64,000 nt of DNA from an uncultured Candidatus Saccharibacteria bacterium. GTDB taxonomy: Bacteria > Patescibacteriota > Saccharimonadia > Saccharimonadales > CAYLGV01. Made by a program: the position numbers and the translations under genes. Shown piece by piece: positions 19,782-30,274 of the stretch (position 1 is its first letter; each line of letters opens with the position of its first letter). The notes below the pieces were generated by a model, which saw nothing but the letters and a program-made list of their open reading frames with translations, ran no database searches and had not been told where the DNA came from. The stretch spans positions 20,947-84,946 of the forward strand of contig CAYMZG010000002.1 of the NCBI GenBank assembly GCA_964394925.1, given 5' to 3'.

Positions 19782-20338
19782 TGGGTCAGTCAACGTTTGA
19801 GGTAGAAAAGACCACCATTCAAGGCCTATTCACCGTGAAGTTTAAAGTTTTCGAAGATGATCGTGGCTCGGTAATGGAGTTTTATCGCCAGTCTGAATTC
19901 GAAAAAGCAGGCTTGCCAAGTTTGGGCGAAAGACCACAGGTGAATGCACCGATGACCGTAAAGGGTGCCTTAAGAGGTGTGCACGCCGAGTTCGCACACA
20001 AACTGGTGTCAGTTGCAGGCGGTGAAGTCTATGCCGTGATTGTGGACCTTCGCAAAGAGTCTGAAACCGCAGGAAAATGGCAATGCTTTACCCTGCGCCG
20101 TGGTGAGGGACTTTTTGTATCAAAAGGCCTTGGCAATTCATTCCAATCAACAAGCAATGAACCATCCGTATATCTCTATTACTTTGAAGAGGAGTGGTTC
20201 CCTGGCATGCCTGGACTAGCCTGTAACCCACTCGATGAAGATTTGGCAATTGATTGGCCAATAAAACATGGTGAGGGCATGATCATCTCTGAGAAAGATC
20301 AGAATAACCCTTCTCTTAAAGAAGTGTTGGGGGCGTAA
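19781..20338 (+). CDS. rfbC: dTDP-4-dehydrorhamnose 3,5-epimerase
   Basis: 185 aa cupin; start overlaps the rfbB stop (ATGA-type coupling); sits between rfbB and rfbD. Confidence 0.8.
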
Positions 20339-21192
20339 TGGACGATTCAAAAATATTCATCGTTGGTGCTAACGGTCAGCTTGGGCAAGCCTTGCAAGCA
20401 CAATATCCTAATGCTCAAAAAGCTGATATTAATGAGCTCGACATTACCAGCCGCGAATCCGTCTTAGGCTTTGATTGGTCGGGAATTCAAGTCATTTTGA
20501 ACGCCGCTGCCTTTACCAACGTTGATGGTGCCGAGACCGACGAGGGCCGCGTGGCTGCCTGGAAAGTTAACGCCACGGCCGTTGGCTATCTGGCTGAGGT
20601 TGCCCGAAAACACAGCATGACACTCGTGCATATCTCAACAGACTATGTGTTTGACGGCACAAAAGATCCTCACACCGAAGATGAGGCTTTTGCGCCCCTT
20701 TCCGTATATGGCGCCAGTAAGGCCGCTGGCGATCTGCTCGTTGGTCAGCTCGAAAAGCATTATATTCTGCGCACCAGCTGGGTTATTGGTGAGGGCAAGA
20801 ACTTTGTACGCACCATGCTCGGCTTGGCCGAAAAAGGCATTTCACCCTCTGTTGTATCGGATCAGATTGGACGTTTGACGTTCACAAGTGAGCTGGTGCG
20901 AGCCATCGTGCATTTATTAGAGAAAGGCGCCACGTTTGGCACCTACAACGTTAGCAACGACGGCCCATCAGTGAGCTGGGCAGAGATCACTCGGCGTATA
21001 TTTAGCCTCTCAGGCCATGACGACCTCACTGTTACCGATACTACGACCGCTGAATACTACGCTGGCAAGGAGGGCATTGCACCACGACCGTTACAGAGCA
21101 CGCTTGACCTGAGTAAGCTGCAAGCCACGGGTTATTCATCGAATAACTGGGAAGATGATCTGAATTCATATATCGAAAAGGAGCTTTCATAA
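20338..21192 (+). CDS. rfbD: dTDP-4-dehydrorhamnose reductase
   Basis: 284 aa; '[12 protein letters not shown]', 'YGASKAAGD'; ATG overlaps the rfbC stop. Confidence 0.8.
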   Translation: MDDSKIFIVGANGQLGQALQAQYPNAQKADINELDITSRESVLGFDWSGIQVILNAAAFTNVDGAETDEGRVAAWKVNATAVGYLAEVARKHSMTLVHISTDYVFDGTKDPHTEDEAFAPLSVYGASKAAGDLLVGQLEKHYILRTSWVIGEGKNFVRTMLGLAEKGISPSVVSDQIGRLTFTSELVRAIVHLLEKGATFGTYNVSNDGPSVSWAEITRRIFSLSGHDDLTVTDTTTAEYYAGKEGIAPRPLQSTLDLSKLQATGYSSNNWEDDLNSYIEKELS

Positions 21193-21193
21193 C

Positions 21194-22057
21194 ATGAAAG
21201 GTATTGTATTAGCCGGCGGCTCAGGCACACGCCTCTACCCCATTACTAAAGGCATCAGCAAACAGCTCATGCCCATCTACGACAAGCCCATGATCTATTA
21301 CCCCATCAGCACACTTATGAGTGCAGGTATTCGAGAGATTCTCATTATCACCACGCCGCAAGATCAGTCGCAGTTTCAACGACTCCTTGGCGACGGCTCG
21401 GATTGGGGCATTAGCCTTTCGTATGAAGTGCAGCCAGAACCCAAGGGTTTGGCGCAGGCCTTTACCATTGGCGCCAACTTTATTGGCATAGACAAGGTAG
21501 CTATGATTCTGGGCGACAACTTGTTTTATGGCCCTTCTATGGAAGAAAGTCTTAAAGGCCTCACCGACATCGACGGCGCTGTTGGTTTTGCCGCCCAAGT
21601 GACCGACCCAGAGCGCTACGGTGTGTACGAGTTTGACGAGAATATGAACGTGCTGTCGATTGAAGAAAAGCCCGCCCAGCCGAAGTCTAACTACGCCAAC
21701 TCAGGTTTGTACTTTTGTGACAATGAAGTGGTTGAGATTGCCCGCAATGTGCAACCAAGTGAACGCGGTGAAGTCGAAATCACCTCTGTGCTCGATGCCT
21801 ATTTGCAACGCGGCAAATTGAAGGTTTCGCTCTTAGACCGTGGTACGGCGTGGCTCGACACTGGTACCTTTGAGTCGATGAATGATGCCTCGGAGTACAT
21901 ACGCGTGATCGAACATCGCACCGGCATTAAGATTGGGTGCCCGGAGGAGATTGCATACCGTGAAGGGTTTATCTCTGCCGAACAATTACAAGCATTAGCA
22001 AGTGGTTTAGTTAAATCAGGTTACGGTAAGTACCTGGTGGCATTACTAGAACAATAG
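21194..22057 (+). CDS. rfbA: Glucose-1-phosphate thymidylyltransferase
   Basis: 287 aa; '[18 protein letters not shown]', 'LGDNLFYG'. Confidence 0.9.
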   Translation: MKGIVLAGGSGTRLYPITKGISKQLMPIYDKPMIYYPISTLMSAGIREILIITTPQDQSQFQRLLGDGSDWGISLSYEVQPEPKGLAQAFTIGANFIGIDKVAMILGDNLFYGPSMEESLKGLTDIDGAVGFAAQVTDPERYGVYEFDENMNVLSIEEKPAQPKSNYANSGLYFCDNEVVEIARNVQPSERGEVEITSVLDAYLQRGKLKVSLLDRGTAWLDTGTFESMNDASEYIRVIEHRTGIKIGCPEEIAYREGFISAEQLQALASGLVKSGYGKYLVALLEQ

Positions 22058-22927
22058 TTATTTGTTATTTGCCACAAACTCGCTTATGTAGTCCATAACA
22101 TCAACAGTTGTTTCCCACTTCAGCTCTTCACGTGCTCTTTCGATCACATCACCAGATTCTGCGCGGCCTGGACTACCATCAATAAGTTTTATGGGGTCTC
22201 CAAAAGCCTCTGCAATCTCAAGCACAGAATAAGCTTTCTTATTGCAAAGCATGTAGCCATCGCCTTGGCCTTTTTCGGCTGCCAAAATAATGCCTCTGGC
22301 CAAGTCGCCAACATAGGTAAAATTACGCTTCTGAGTTCCTGGTTTTACGACTGTCAACGGTCCTTTATTCACATGCGCTTGTTCAAACTTAGCAATGAGC
22401 GTTGCATATTTTCCATCACCATTTTCCCGTGGGCCAAAGGCATTGTAGAAATAGCAGATGGCGTATGGCAGATCGTACCAGCGACCATAGTCATTCACAA
22501 GATCAACATTGGTTGCCTTACTGAACCCATACGGGCTTTGGTGTCGACCATCACCTTCAATGGCAAACTTTGTACTTGAGCCAGCATAAACCAGTTTCCC
22601 TACACAACGATTACGACAGAACTCAACCACTGCAAAAGTGCCTACAATGTTCATATCGTAAACAAGTGCTATATCGTCGAATGAAGATGATATCCGAGCA
22701 TACTCACCTAGATGAAATACAATATCAGGTGTCTCGGGGATAAGTTTATCGATGTCCTTAGTATGACCTTCGCGGTACTCTGCACCAGCAATGTGATTCT
22801 CTTTTTTGCCGGTAAAGTAGTTATCGAGTGAGATGACTGTGTAGTCAGGGTGGTCTTGGAGTAGTTGCTCAACTATATGTGAACCAACATGGCCCGCGCC
22901 ACCAGTAACAAGGATTGTTTTAGCCAT
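22058..22927 (-). CDS. NAD-dependent epimerase/dehydratase, UDP-glucuronate decarboxylase (UDP-xylose synthase)-like
   Basis: 289 aa; 'ILVTGGAGHVGSH', 'SLDNYFTGKKEN' (UXS-type DNxFTG block), 'YGFSKA'; adjacent to ugd. Confidence 0.6.
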   Translation of the reverse strand: MAKTILVTGGAGHVGSHIVEQLLQDHPDYTVISLDNYFTGKKENHIAGAEYREGHTKDIDKLIPETPDIVFHLGEYARISSSFDDIALVYDMNIVGTFAVVEFCRNRCVGKLVYAGSSTKFAIEGDGRHQSPYGFSKATNVDLVNDYGRWYDLPYAICYFYNAFGPRENGDGKYATLIAKFEQAHVNKGPLTVVKPGTQKRNFTYVGDLARGIILAAEKGQGDGYMLCNKKAYSVLEIAEAFGDPIKLIDGSPGRAESGDVIERAREELKWETTVDVMDYISEFVANNK

Positions 22928-24239
22928 TCACAACCTGTCGGCCGATACTCTCGTAGTGGAAGCCTTGTTCTTTCATTTCATCAAGATCATAGAGATTTCG
23001 GCCATCGAAAATAACCGGAGCCTTCAAAAGACCCTTAACACGCTTGTAGTCAGGAGTGAAGAACTCTTTCCAATTGGTTGCAATGATTAGGGCGTCGGCC
23101 TGGTCTAAAACATCGTATTCGTTCTCAGCAAATGTAAGGTTGCTATTATCCGCCAAGGCACGCTTAACATGACCGATCGCCTGCGGGTCAAAGGCCACAA
23201 TCTTGGCACCTTTCTCGGTAAGTTGACGAATAATCTCAAGGGCAGGTGATTCACGGATGTCATCGGTATTATCCTTAAAAGCCAAGCCCCAAAGCGCGAA
23301 TGTTTTACCTTCTATATCATCTTTGTAATAGTTACATACTTTTTGCGGCAGAACTTTTTTCTGACGTTCATTAGCATCAATAGTTGCTTGTACGATACTG
23401 AGCTCAACACCATGTTCTTCGCCCGTTTTCTTCAGTGCTAAAGTATCTTTAGGGAAGCAGCTTCCGCCATAGCCGGGACCTGGGTATAGAAACTCTGGGC
23501 CAATCCGTCGATCAGAACCCATACCACCGCGGACCATATCAATATCCGCACCGGCAGCTTCACATAATGCAGTTAGTTCGTTAATAAAACTGATCTTGGT
23601 TGCCAAGAAACCATTTGCGGCGTATTTGATCATTTCAGCGGAAGGTTCATCAGTAAATACCAACCTGCTTGGCTCTTTCCGAACAAGTGGACGATATAGT
23701 TCTTGCATGAGCTCTTGTGCTCGTTCAGAAGAAGTCCCAACAACAACGCGGTCCGGGTTCATGAAGTCACCAACAGCCTGCCCTTCACGCAAAAACTCAG
23801 GATTGGAAACCACGTCGTATTCAACGGTGGCGTTCTTAGCGATAGTTTCGTAAACTTTCTTGGCTGTCCCAACTGGTACGGTACTCTTATCAACAACAAC
23901 GATGTATTGTTTAAGTTTCTTGCCTATATCTTCTGCAACACCGAGAATATAAGACAAGTCAGCCGAGCCATCCTCCCCGGGCGGAGTAGGCAAGGCCAGG
24001 AAAAGAATCTGCGCATCAAGGGCATCCTCTAACTTTGTCGTAAAAGTCATGCGACCTTCGCGAATATTTCGTTCAAGCAAGTCTTCGAGCCCAGGCTCGT
24101 GAATAGGTATTTCGCCATTTTGTAAGCGTTTAACTTTGGCTTCATCAATGTCCACACAAATAACGTCATTACCTATTTCTGCAAAACATGTGCCGGATAC
24201 AAGTCCAACGTATCCTGTTCCAACTACCCCTATCTTCAT
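22920..24239 (-). CDS. ugd: UDP-glucose 6-dehydrogenase
   Basis: 439 aa; 'MKIGVVGTGYVGLVSGTCFAEIGNDVICVDID', catalytic 'GGSCFPKD'. Confidence 0.9.
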   Translation of the reverse strand: MKIGVVGTGYVGLVSGTCFAEIGNDVICVDIDEAKVKRLQNGEIPIHEPGLEDLLERNIREGRMTFTTKLEDALDAQILFLALPTPPGEDGSADLSYILGVAEDIGKKLKQYIVVVDKSTVPVGTAKKVYETIAKNATVEYDVVSNPEFLREGQAVGDFMNPDRVVVGTSSERAQELMQELYRPLVRKEPSRLVFTDEPSAEMIKYAANGFLATKISFINELTALCEAAGADIDMVRGGMGSDRRIGPEFLYPGPGYGGSCFPKDTLALKKTGEEHGVELSIVQATIDANERQKKVLPQKVCNYYKDDIEGKTFALWGLAFKDNTDDIRESPALEIIRQLTEKGAKIVAFDPQAIGHVKRALADNSNLTFAENEYDVLDQADALIIATNWKEFFTPDYKRVKGLLKAPVIFDGRNLYDLDEMKEQGFHYESIGRQVVNG

Positions 24240-24269
24240 CGTCTACCCCTCGATTACAACTTGGTAATG

Positions 24270-25706
24270 CTATTTTTCTTTTAGACCGGTCTTGGTAATA
24301 ACTGAGGCTTCCTGGTACTCATCATCACTGTTAATGTCCCAGAGATCATGCTGCGCACCGTCTGCAATATTTTCTGCAGCCAACATACCCATAAGGATGC
24401 TGTGGTCCTGGTTGTTATACTTGAATGCACCGTAGCGTCCAATGATTTGCAGGTTCTTATAGCCACGTAGGAAGTCCTCGACCTGCGTAAGCTGCTTCTT
24501 GTAGCCACGACCATAAACCGGGTAACAGCGTGGCACACGAACTATCATGCCATCTGTAATCTGTTTACTCTCTACAAGACCCGTTTTTGCCAACTCTTCT
24601 TTAGCAAGTGCAACGTATTGTTCCTCATCCCAGTGCCAAAAGTCGTCTTCATCAAAGCTCCAGTATTCCATAGCAATGATGGATTCTTTTTTACCCTGAT
24701 TAATAGACGGCACCCAGTTACGGAAGTTGGTAATACGACCTGTGCGTAGATCGGTACTATGTACGTAGATCCAGTTGTCGGGGAAGATTTCCTTGGCATT
24801 TACCTTTAAATAGACAATGAGAGTGTTACGGAACTTCAATGACTTGTTAGCTTTTACAATCTTCTCAGGCACGCCTTTAAGTCGTCCAACCAGCAACGTT
24901 AACGGCATTGACGAAACAACCTGGTCATAGTTGATTGATTCACCACTTACGAGCTTTACGCCCTTTACGGTTTTACCACTAGTTACGAGTGAGTCAACCG
25001 GAGTTTTAAGGTGAACTTTGCCACCGTTTTTCTCGATGTACTTCTTCATTCGCTCATATACTTCACCGGTACCTTTGTTTGGATAAGCAAACTGGTCAAC
25101 CAGTGTTTTGTGCTTCTCGCCACCACCACCAAAAATGGCGCTCTTGATAGCTTCACTCATTGAGAGTTTCTTAATACGCTGCGAAGCGAATTCAGAGTCA
25201 AGCTTGTTACCAGGAATACCCCAGAGTTTTTCGGTATACGTCTTAAAGAAGTGTCCATAGAGGCGCTTGCCAAAGCGGGCAACTACCCAAGACTCAAACG
25301 TATCACCAAGCTCACGACCACCTGGCTTCACACGCTGCCAACCGTAACTTGCTAGGCAACGGAACGTTTCAATAACTCCAAGATTCTTAAAGGCATTACC
25401 GGCTTTGATTGGGTAGTAGTAGAACTTATTGCGGAAGAAGATTCGCGTGAGACGGTCGACCATTTCGTAGTCTTTACCAATAACTTCGAGCCAAAGCTTA
25501 TTAACGCGTGTGTCATTACTAAAGAATCGGTGTGGACCAATATCTACAATTTGACCCCATAGCTTGAAAGATCGTGCCATACCACCAACAAAGGGAGAAG
25601 CTTCGTAGAGATCAACTTCAACACCCTTTTTTGTTAACTCATAGGCAGCAGTGATACCTGCTGGCCCCGCCCCAATTACTGCAACTTTTTTCTTCTTAGT
25701 GCTCAC
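24270..25706 (-). CDS. FAD/NAD(P)-binding oxidoreductase (amine-oxidase / UDP-galactopyranose-mutase-like fold)
   Basis: 478 aa; N-terminal 'KVAVIGAGPAGITAAYEL...EVDLYEASPFVGG' dinucleotide-binding motif; embedded in the glycan locus. Confidence 0.5.
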   Translation of the reverse strand: MSTKKKKVAVIGAGPAGITAAYELTKKGVEVDLYEASPFVGGMARSFKLWGQIVDIGPHRFFSNDTRVNKLWLEVIGKDYEMVDRLTRIFFRNKFYYYPIKAGNAFKNLGVIETFRCLASYGWQRVKPGGRELGDTFESWVVARFGKRLYGHFFKTYTEKLWGIPGNKLDSEFASQRIKKLSMSEAIKSAIFGGGGEKHKTLVDQFAYPNKGTGEVYERMKKYIEKNGGKVHLKTPVDSLVTSGKTVKGVKLVSGESINYDQVVSSMPLTLLVGRLKGVPEKIVKANKSLKFRNTLIVYLKVNAKEIFPDNWIYVHSTDLRTGRITNFRNWVPSINQGKKESIIAMEYWSFDEDDFWHWDEEQYVALAKEELAKTGLVESKQITDGMIVRVPRCYPVYGRGYKKQLTQVEDFLRGYKNLQIIGRYGAFKYNNQDHSILMGMLAAENIADGAQHDLWDINSDDEYQEASVITKTGLKEK

Positions 25707-25740
25707 TGTGCCTCCAACTTAACTCATTCAATACTTGAAC

Positions 25741-26256
25741 TTAATACAATATTTTCTTTCGTGCAATGAAATTCCAAAAGAATACAACAATGGTGGACAC
25801 CCCTTTTGCTACGCGATAGTCCAAATGTCCAACCTGAACCATACCAGCAATGATGGCCAGGTTTAAGCCAAGCCCAATAGTACAGATAACAACAAATATA
25901 ATGAATTCAGCCTTGCGAGAAGTGAGTTTGCGCTCAGCAAACACCCACCAAATGCTTAAGTAATAATTAACGGTGACACCGGCTAAAAAGCTCATGGTTG
26001 CTGCGACTAGGTAGTTAATACCGAACAGCTCTTTAAAGACAATGAGCAGGCCAAAATCAACAATTAACGCAACGACTGAGACTGCAAGGCTTCGAATTGC
26101 TTGAACGGAAGTGCGACTAGAAGGCTTTAGGCCTACTGAATCCACAAGCAGACCCCACACATACTCGGGATGTGTTTTTTTAACGTCTGATACTATACCC
26201 TCGCTTGGCGAGTTTGCCATTGTAACTTCTCCGTACTTCAGTCTAAATTGTATCAT
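25741..26256 (-). CDS. GtrA-family polysaccharide-synthesis membrane protein
   Basis: 171 aa, 4 TM; 'AATMSFLAGVTVNYYLSIWWVF', 'VVFFWNFIARKKILY' typical GtrA blocks. Confidence 0.65.
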   Translation of the reverse strand: MIQFRLKYGEVTMANSPSEGIVSDVKKTHPEYVWGLLVDSVGLKPSSRTSVQAIRSLAVSVVALIVDFGLLIVFKELFGINYLVAATMSFLAGVTVNYYLSIWWVFAERKLTSRKAEFIIFVVICTIGLGLNLAIIAGMVQVGHLDYRVAKGVSTIVVFFWNFIARKKILY

Positions 26257-26313
26257 TTACTGGAACATATTTTAAGTTTTCCACCTGGTTAGGCTTGGTG
26301 CTACTATTGGAGC

Positions 26314-28143
26314 ATGAAAGATTCTAAAAAGAACCCGTATGCACTTGGTGCTATTGGTGAGGTCATCACGAAACTTGGTCTTCTATTCGTATCATTCTCA
26401 TTAGCTTTGAATATTTCGCGCTTCTTCCGTTTGCCGTATAAAAACCCGTATAACATCTCATCGCCTGGCAACGCCATCCATTTTATGCCAAACAATAATT
26501 ATCTACGGGTTATTGCGGTAATTGGTATTACAATTGGGCTGTTTTACGCCTTTCAATGGTTATTTAGGAAATCTAATCTACTCGCCAGGCTCACACTCGT
26601 TGGTCTCTTTAGTTTATTTGTTTTCTTTGGCTTTATTGCACCTAGTTATTCACACTTTGTTGGTAACGTTGACGTGTTCCATCATGGCGAACAGCTTGGC
26701 CCTGGCCTCGCATTCTATGAAGGAAAAACCTTATTTAAAGATGTTTTCTTTTTGCATGGGGCCGGTGAAGATGCAGTCCTACCAGCACTTTCGTTCCATA
26801 TATTCGGCAAGTCGATTGGCTCATACTACTTATTAAATGGTTTGCTTGAGGGGCTAAGTGCGGCGATCTTTATATTCTTAATCCACGTACTAATTAAGCA
26901 GCGTGACTTATTTATTCTCGCCCTTGTTTGGCTAACCAGTACAACTTACTCAACGTTCTATTACGTTCGAGATATCTTTGTTTGGATAAATATCCTGCTG
27001 GTCTATCTACTCTTTAGTCGCTCAATGAGTGTTAAGAAGCAACTTGGTGTCTACTTTGGAGTTGGGGTAGTCTCGGCGCTGGCTATGTTCCACTCCATTG
27101 ATCGAGGCATATACCTACTGGCCTTGGATGTCTTTGTAGTTATCGCTACTGCCTTACTTGTTGAAGGTAAAACGCAGTACGAGCTTGCCCCTAAGGCAGG
27201 GCTTGTTCTCAAGGCCAAGAAGATTGTGAGCCTTGGGGTTGGTTATCTTATTGTTTATCTGGCTGGTTTGGCTTACCTACGACCTGCCGCTTTTACGGAA
27301 TTCTTGAAGATGACGCTGCGTACTATTCCTAAGTTTGAGGGTATGATGTTTGACGGTCCGATCGCAAATCTTGACAAAGATACCTTACTGTTTTGGATAC
27401 CAATTATGGTTGCCACACTACTTACACTAATTCTCATTAAACAGGTTACGAAGCGTCAGAAGAAGTTTGATCGCCCATTCGCGTTTGCTGTTGTCTTCTT
27501 GTTGTTTGCACTTGTTTTCTTAAAGGGTGGTACCGGAATGGCCGATACGCCACATATGGCCTATGCTACCCCTGTTTTATTCCTGTGCGCCTTCTATATA
27601 TTCAGTATAACTATTCCTAAAATTTCTTGGAAAGGAATGCGGTGGACTGAGGTATGGCCAGTCTTTGTAGCGGCCGCTCTTATGTTCTGTCTGCCGACAT
27701 ACAATCTACTTAAAATCCCTGCTTACAACCAGGTATCAACTCCGCTTATTAAAAACTTCTTCAGAATGTACAAACAGCCAGATTCATACTGGCTTCCGCA
27801 GACCGTAAAAGATACCCGGGATTACATTACTAGTCATTCGAGTCCTGGTGACTCAGTATTTGTTATGTCTTCTCAGCCAATTTACTATTACCTCGCCGAC
27901 CGCAATAACCCATCGCGTTTCTACATCACCTGGTTCGCGGATCCACAACCATATACTAATGAAATGCTAGCAAGTCTCAAAAAAGATCCGCCCAAGTATA
28001 TTATTTACCAAACAGGAAACTATTACGACCGACCGCAGTTCATCCCAATGACCGAACGAGTACCAGAAGTTAACCAATGGATTCTTGATAACTATAAGCA
28101 TGACCAAACCCTAGACGGTACGGTAATTATTAAGTCTAAGTAA
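26314..28143 (+). CDS. Large polytopic membrane protein of unknown function (candidate polysaccharide polymerase or membrane glycosyltransferase)
   Basis: 609 aa, at least 12 predicted TM helices plus a C-terminal soluble domain; AT-rich; no signature motif recognised. Confidence 0.4.
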   Translation: MKDSKKNPYALGAIGEVITKLGLLFVSFSLALNISRFFRLPYKNPYNISSPGNAIHFMPNNNYLRVIAVIGITIGLFYAFQWLFRKSNLLARLTLVGLFSLFVFFGFIAPSYSHFVGNVDVFHHGEQLGPGLAFYEGKTLFKDVFFLHGAGEDAVLPALSFHIFGKSIGSYYLLNGLLEGLSAAIFIFLIHVLIKQRDLFILALVWLTSTTYSTFYYVRDIFVWINILLVYLLFSRSMSVKKQLGVYFGVGVVSALAMFHSIDRGIYLLALDVFVVIATALLVEGKTQYELAPKAGLVLKAKKIVSLGVGYLIVYLAGLAYLRPAAFTEFLKMTLRTIPKFEGMMFDGPIANLDKDTLLFWIPIMVATLLTLILIKQVTKRQKKFDRPFAFAVVFLLFALVFLKGGTGMADTPHMAYATPVLFLCAFYIFSITIPKISWKGMRWTEVWPVFVAAALMFCLPTYNLLKIPAYNQVSTPLIKNFFRMYKQPDSYWLPQTVKDTRDYITSHSSPGDSVFVMSSQPIYYYLADRNNPSRFYITWFADPQPYTNEMLASLKKDPPKYIIYQTGNYYDRPQFIPMTERVPEVNQWILDNYKHDQTLDGTVIIKSK

Positions 28144-29606
28144 TGTTTATGGAAAAGGGCTACTCCCTGACCAAGAGATGGACTAAGAATATATTAGATT
28201 TTTTGAGCAGACTCCCCGTTCAGACAAAACTATTTCTTATATTGGGGCTGGTGTTTGGGATTTTATTTGTTTTTGTATCTCACCCAATGCAAGCTCCCGA
28301 TGAGCCATCACATTTTTGGCGTGCATATTCTGTTTCTGACTTACAAGTAAGAACTAAGGAATTCTCCGGTAAGCGGCATGGCTACACACTCCCGGATAAC
28401 ATTATTTCAATAGGTTCTACGTTTGCACTGCTACAGGATCGCAACCAAACAATTCCTTTGGGTACACTCAAGCAATTCGCACTTCAACGTGAGAGCCAAG
28501 CTAAACACGATGTGTATTTCGAAAATACTGCGGCGTATCCGCCGGTGCCATATATCCCTCAAGCAATTGGCATCCGCTTAGCTCGAAGTCTACGTTTAAA
28601 TGTGTTGGCAATTTTCTACTCAGCACGCTTAATGAACTTGTTGGTATTTCTTATTGTTATTGCCCTGTCAATAACAATAACGCCCATTGGGAAATGGATA
28701 TTATTAGTGGTGTCATTGCTACCTATGACTCTATTTGAGGCAAGCTCAGCGTCACCAGATCAATTAATATTCAGTATGTCTTGTCTTTGTGTGGCGTACT
28801 TCTTTTACCTACTAAAAAAACGTAGCCTCGGCTACCAGGCACTCTCTGCTGCTCTACTTATTACAACCGTCCTTTCACTTACAAAACCTGCGTATTTTAT
28901 AGTAGGCTATGTCTTCTTAATGCTACCTGCACGCAGTTTCAAAAGTCGCACATGGCACATTTGCTTTAAGCTATTAATCTTGGGCATGCCTTTACTGTTC
29001 GTTGGGCTTTGGAACATGGCAATCAAAGGTGTAGCAGCAAGCATTGCTGCCAGCTTCAAAGCCGGTGAATACGTAAACATGCATGATCAAGCTAAGTTTG
29101 TCCTACTACACCCACATAAATTACTGTTCGCAATTGTCTACACACTTGGTTATAAATATTCCTTCTCCTTAGGACTTGGGGTTCTGGGAATGCTTGGCTG
29201 GCTTAAAATTGCGCTGCCATTTTATTGCTATGTCATTTTGATTGGTCTGCTTGCAGCGGCTATGTATAAGGACCGTCAAGAGGCAATCAAACAAAAGATT
29301 GCCGTGCCAAGGCATACCCTCTATGGGCTCATCGCCATCGCTATAACTCTTGTATTCGCAATCGTCTCAATTCTTTATCTCACATTTACTAGCGTAGGAT
29401 CCTCGATAGTCGGTGGCCTTCAAGGTAGATACTTTATACCAGTGTTATACCTTGCTTTACCCGCAGCGATGTATCTCATTCCTATTGTGCCCAGTAAAAA
29501 GCAAACTCCGTCTTGGAAACTATTTGGTCTCGGCATTGCCTTTGTGTTAACAGTATCGTTATGCACCTTGTTGATGGTGAACTTTCAACAAGTGTTTCCT
29601 GTATAG
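28143..29606 (+). CDS. Polytopic membrane protein, DUF2142-like (putative membrane glycosyltransferase family)
   Basis: 487 aa; N-terminal TM then 'PDEPSHFWRAYSVSD' loop resembling the DUF2142 hallmark; multiple TM helices; ATG overlaps the upstream stop. Confidence 0.4.
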   Translation: MFMEKGYSLTKRWTKNILDFLSRLPVQTKLFLILGLVFGILFVFVSHPMQAPDEPSHFWRAYSVSDLQVRTKEFSGKRHGYTLPDNIISIGSTFALLQDRNQTIPLGTLKQFALQRESQAKHDVYFENTAAYPPVPYIPQAIGIRLARSLRLNVLAIFYSARLMNLLVFLIVIALSITITPIGKWILLVVSLLPMTLFEASSASPDQLIFSMSCLCVAYFFYLLKKRSLGYQALSAALLITTVLSLTKPAYFIVGYVFLMLPARSFKSRTWHICFKLLILGMPLLFVGLWNMAIKGVAASIAASFKAGEYVNMHDQAKFVLLHPHKLLFAIVYTLGYKYSFSLGLGVLGMLGWLKIALPFYCYVILIGLLAAAMYKDRQEAIKQKIAVPRHTLYGLIAIAITLVFAIVSILYLTFTSVGSSIVGGLQGRYFIPVLYLALPAAMYLIPIVPSKKQTPSWKLFGLGIAFVLTVSLCTLLMVNFQQVFPV

Positions 29607-29697
29607 GGTAATTTAGCATATACAACAGCCATCGAACCTTTGCAATATTTACGAAAATGGTGTAATATAATAAAACGTAACCATTATTACGCAAGCA

Positions 29698-30270
29698 ATG
29701 AGTAATTACAACAAAAACGAAACACCAAAAAGTCGAAAAAAGCTGATTATTATCAGTGTTGTTACGCTGTTGCTTGTTGTTGCAGTGGGCACCTGGCGAT
29801 TCTCTACCCAAAAGAACACAACTGCAAAAGCACCCGAACCACAACCAGGTAGCGTCGCTGATGTTTCACGCCCAACTACTGAAGAGAAGCAAGCTGCCGA
29901 CGACCAGAAAGCCAAGAACGTTGAACGCACTGATATTGAGAAGCAGGCAGAGCAAACTCCTGCGGGCCAAAAGAAGGCCGTTACGCCCATTATTACCTTT
30001 GCCAGTCAAGCCGATGCAAACCTAGAAGTTGGCGCCTTTGTACCTGGTGTCTACGAAGATGGCGGCACCTGTACACTCACTGCAAAGAACGGTAGTGCCA
30101 CCGTCACCAAAACAACCACTGCCTCCAAGAACGCCACGACGACTGATTGCAAGAACCTTGTGGTCGCCGCCAGTGAGTTCTCGCCCAAGGGCAACTGGGA
30201 CATCACGATCACCTATCAATCAGCCACCGCCCAAGGTACTTCACAGGTTAAAACGGTAAGTATTAGGTAA
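29698..30270 (+). CDS. Hypothetical membrane-anchored protein
   Basis: 190 aa; Lys-rich N-terminus, one TM, extracytoplasmic Thr/Ala-rich domain with a Cys pair. Confidence 0.35.
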   Translation: MSNYNKNETPKSRKKLIIISVVTLLLVVAVGTWRFSTQKNTTAKAPEPQPGSVADVSRPTTEEKQAADDQKAKNVERTDIEKQAEQTPAGQKKAVTPIITFASQADANLEVGAFVPGVYEDGGTCTLTAKNGSATVTKTTTASKNATTTDCKNLVVAASEFSPKGNWDITITYQSATAQGTSQVKTVSIR

Positions 30271-30274
30271 TTTT

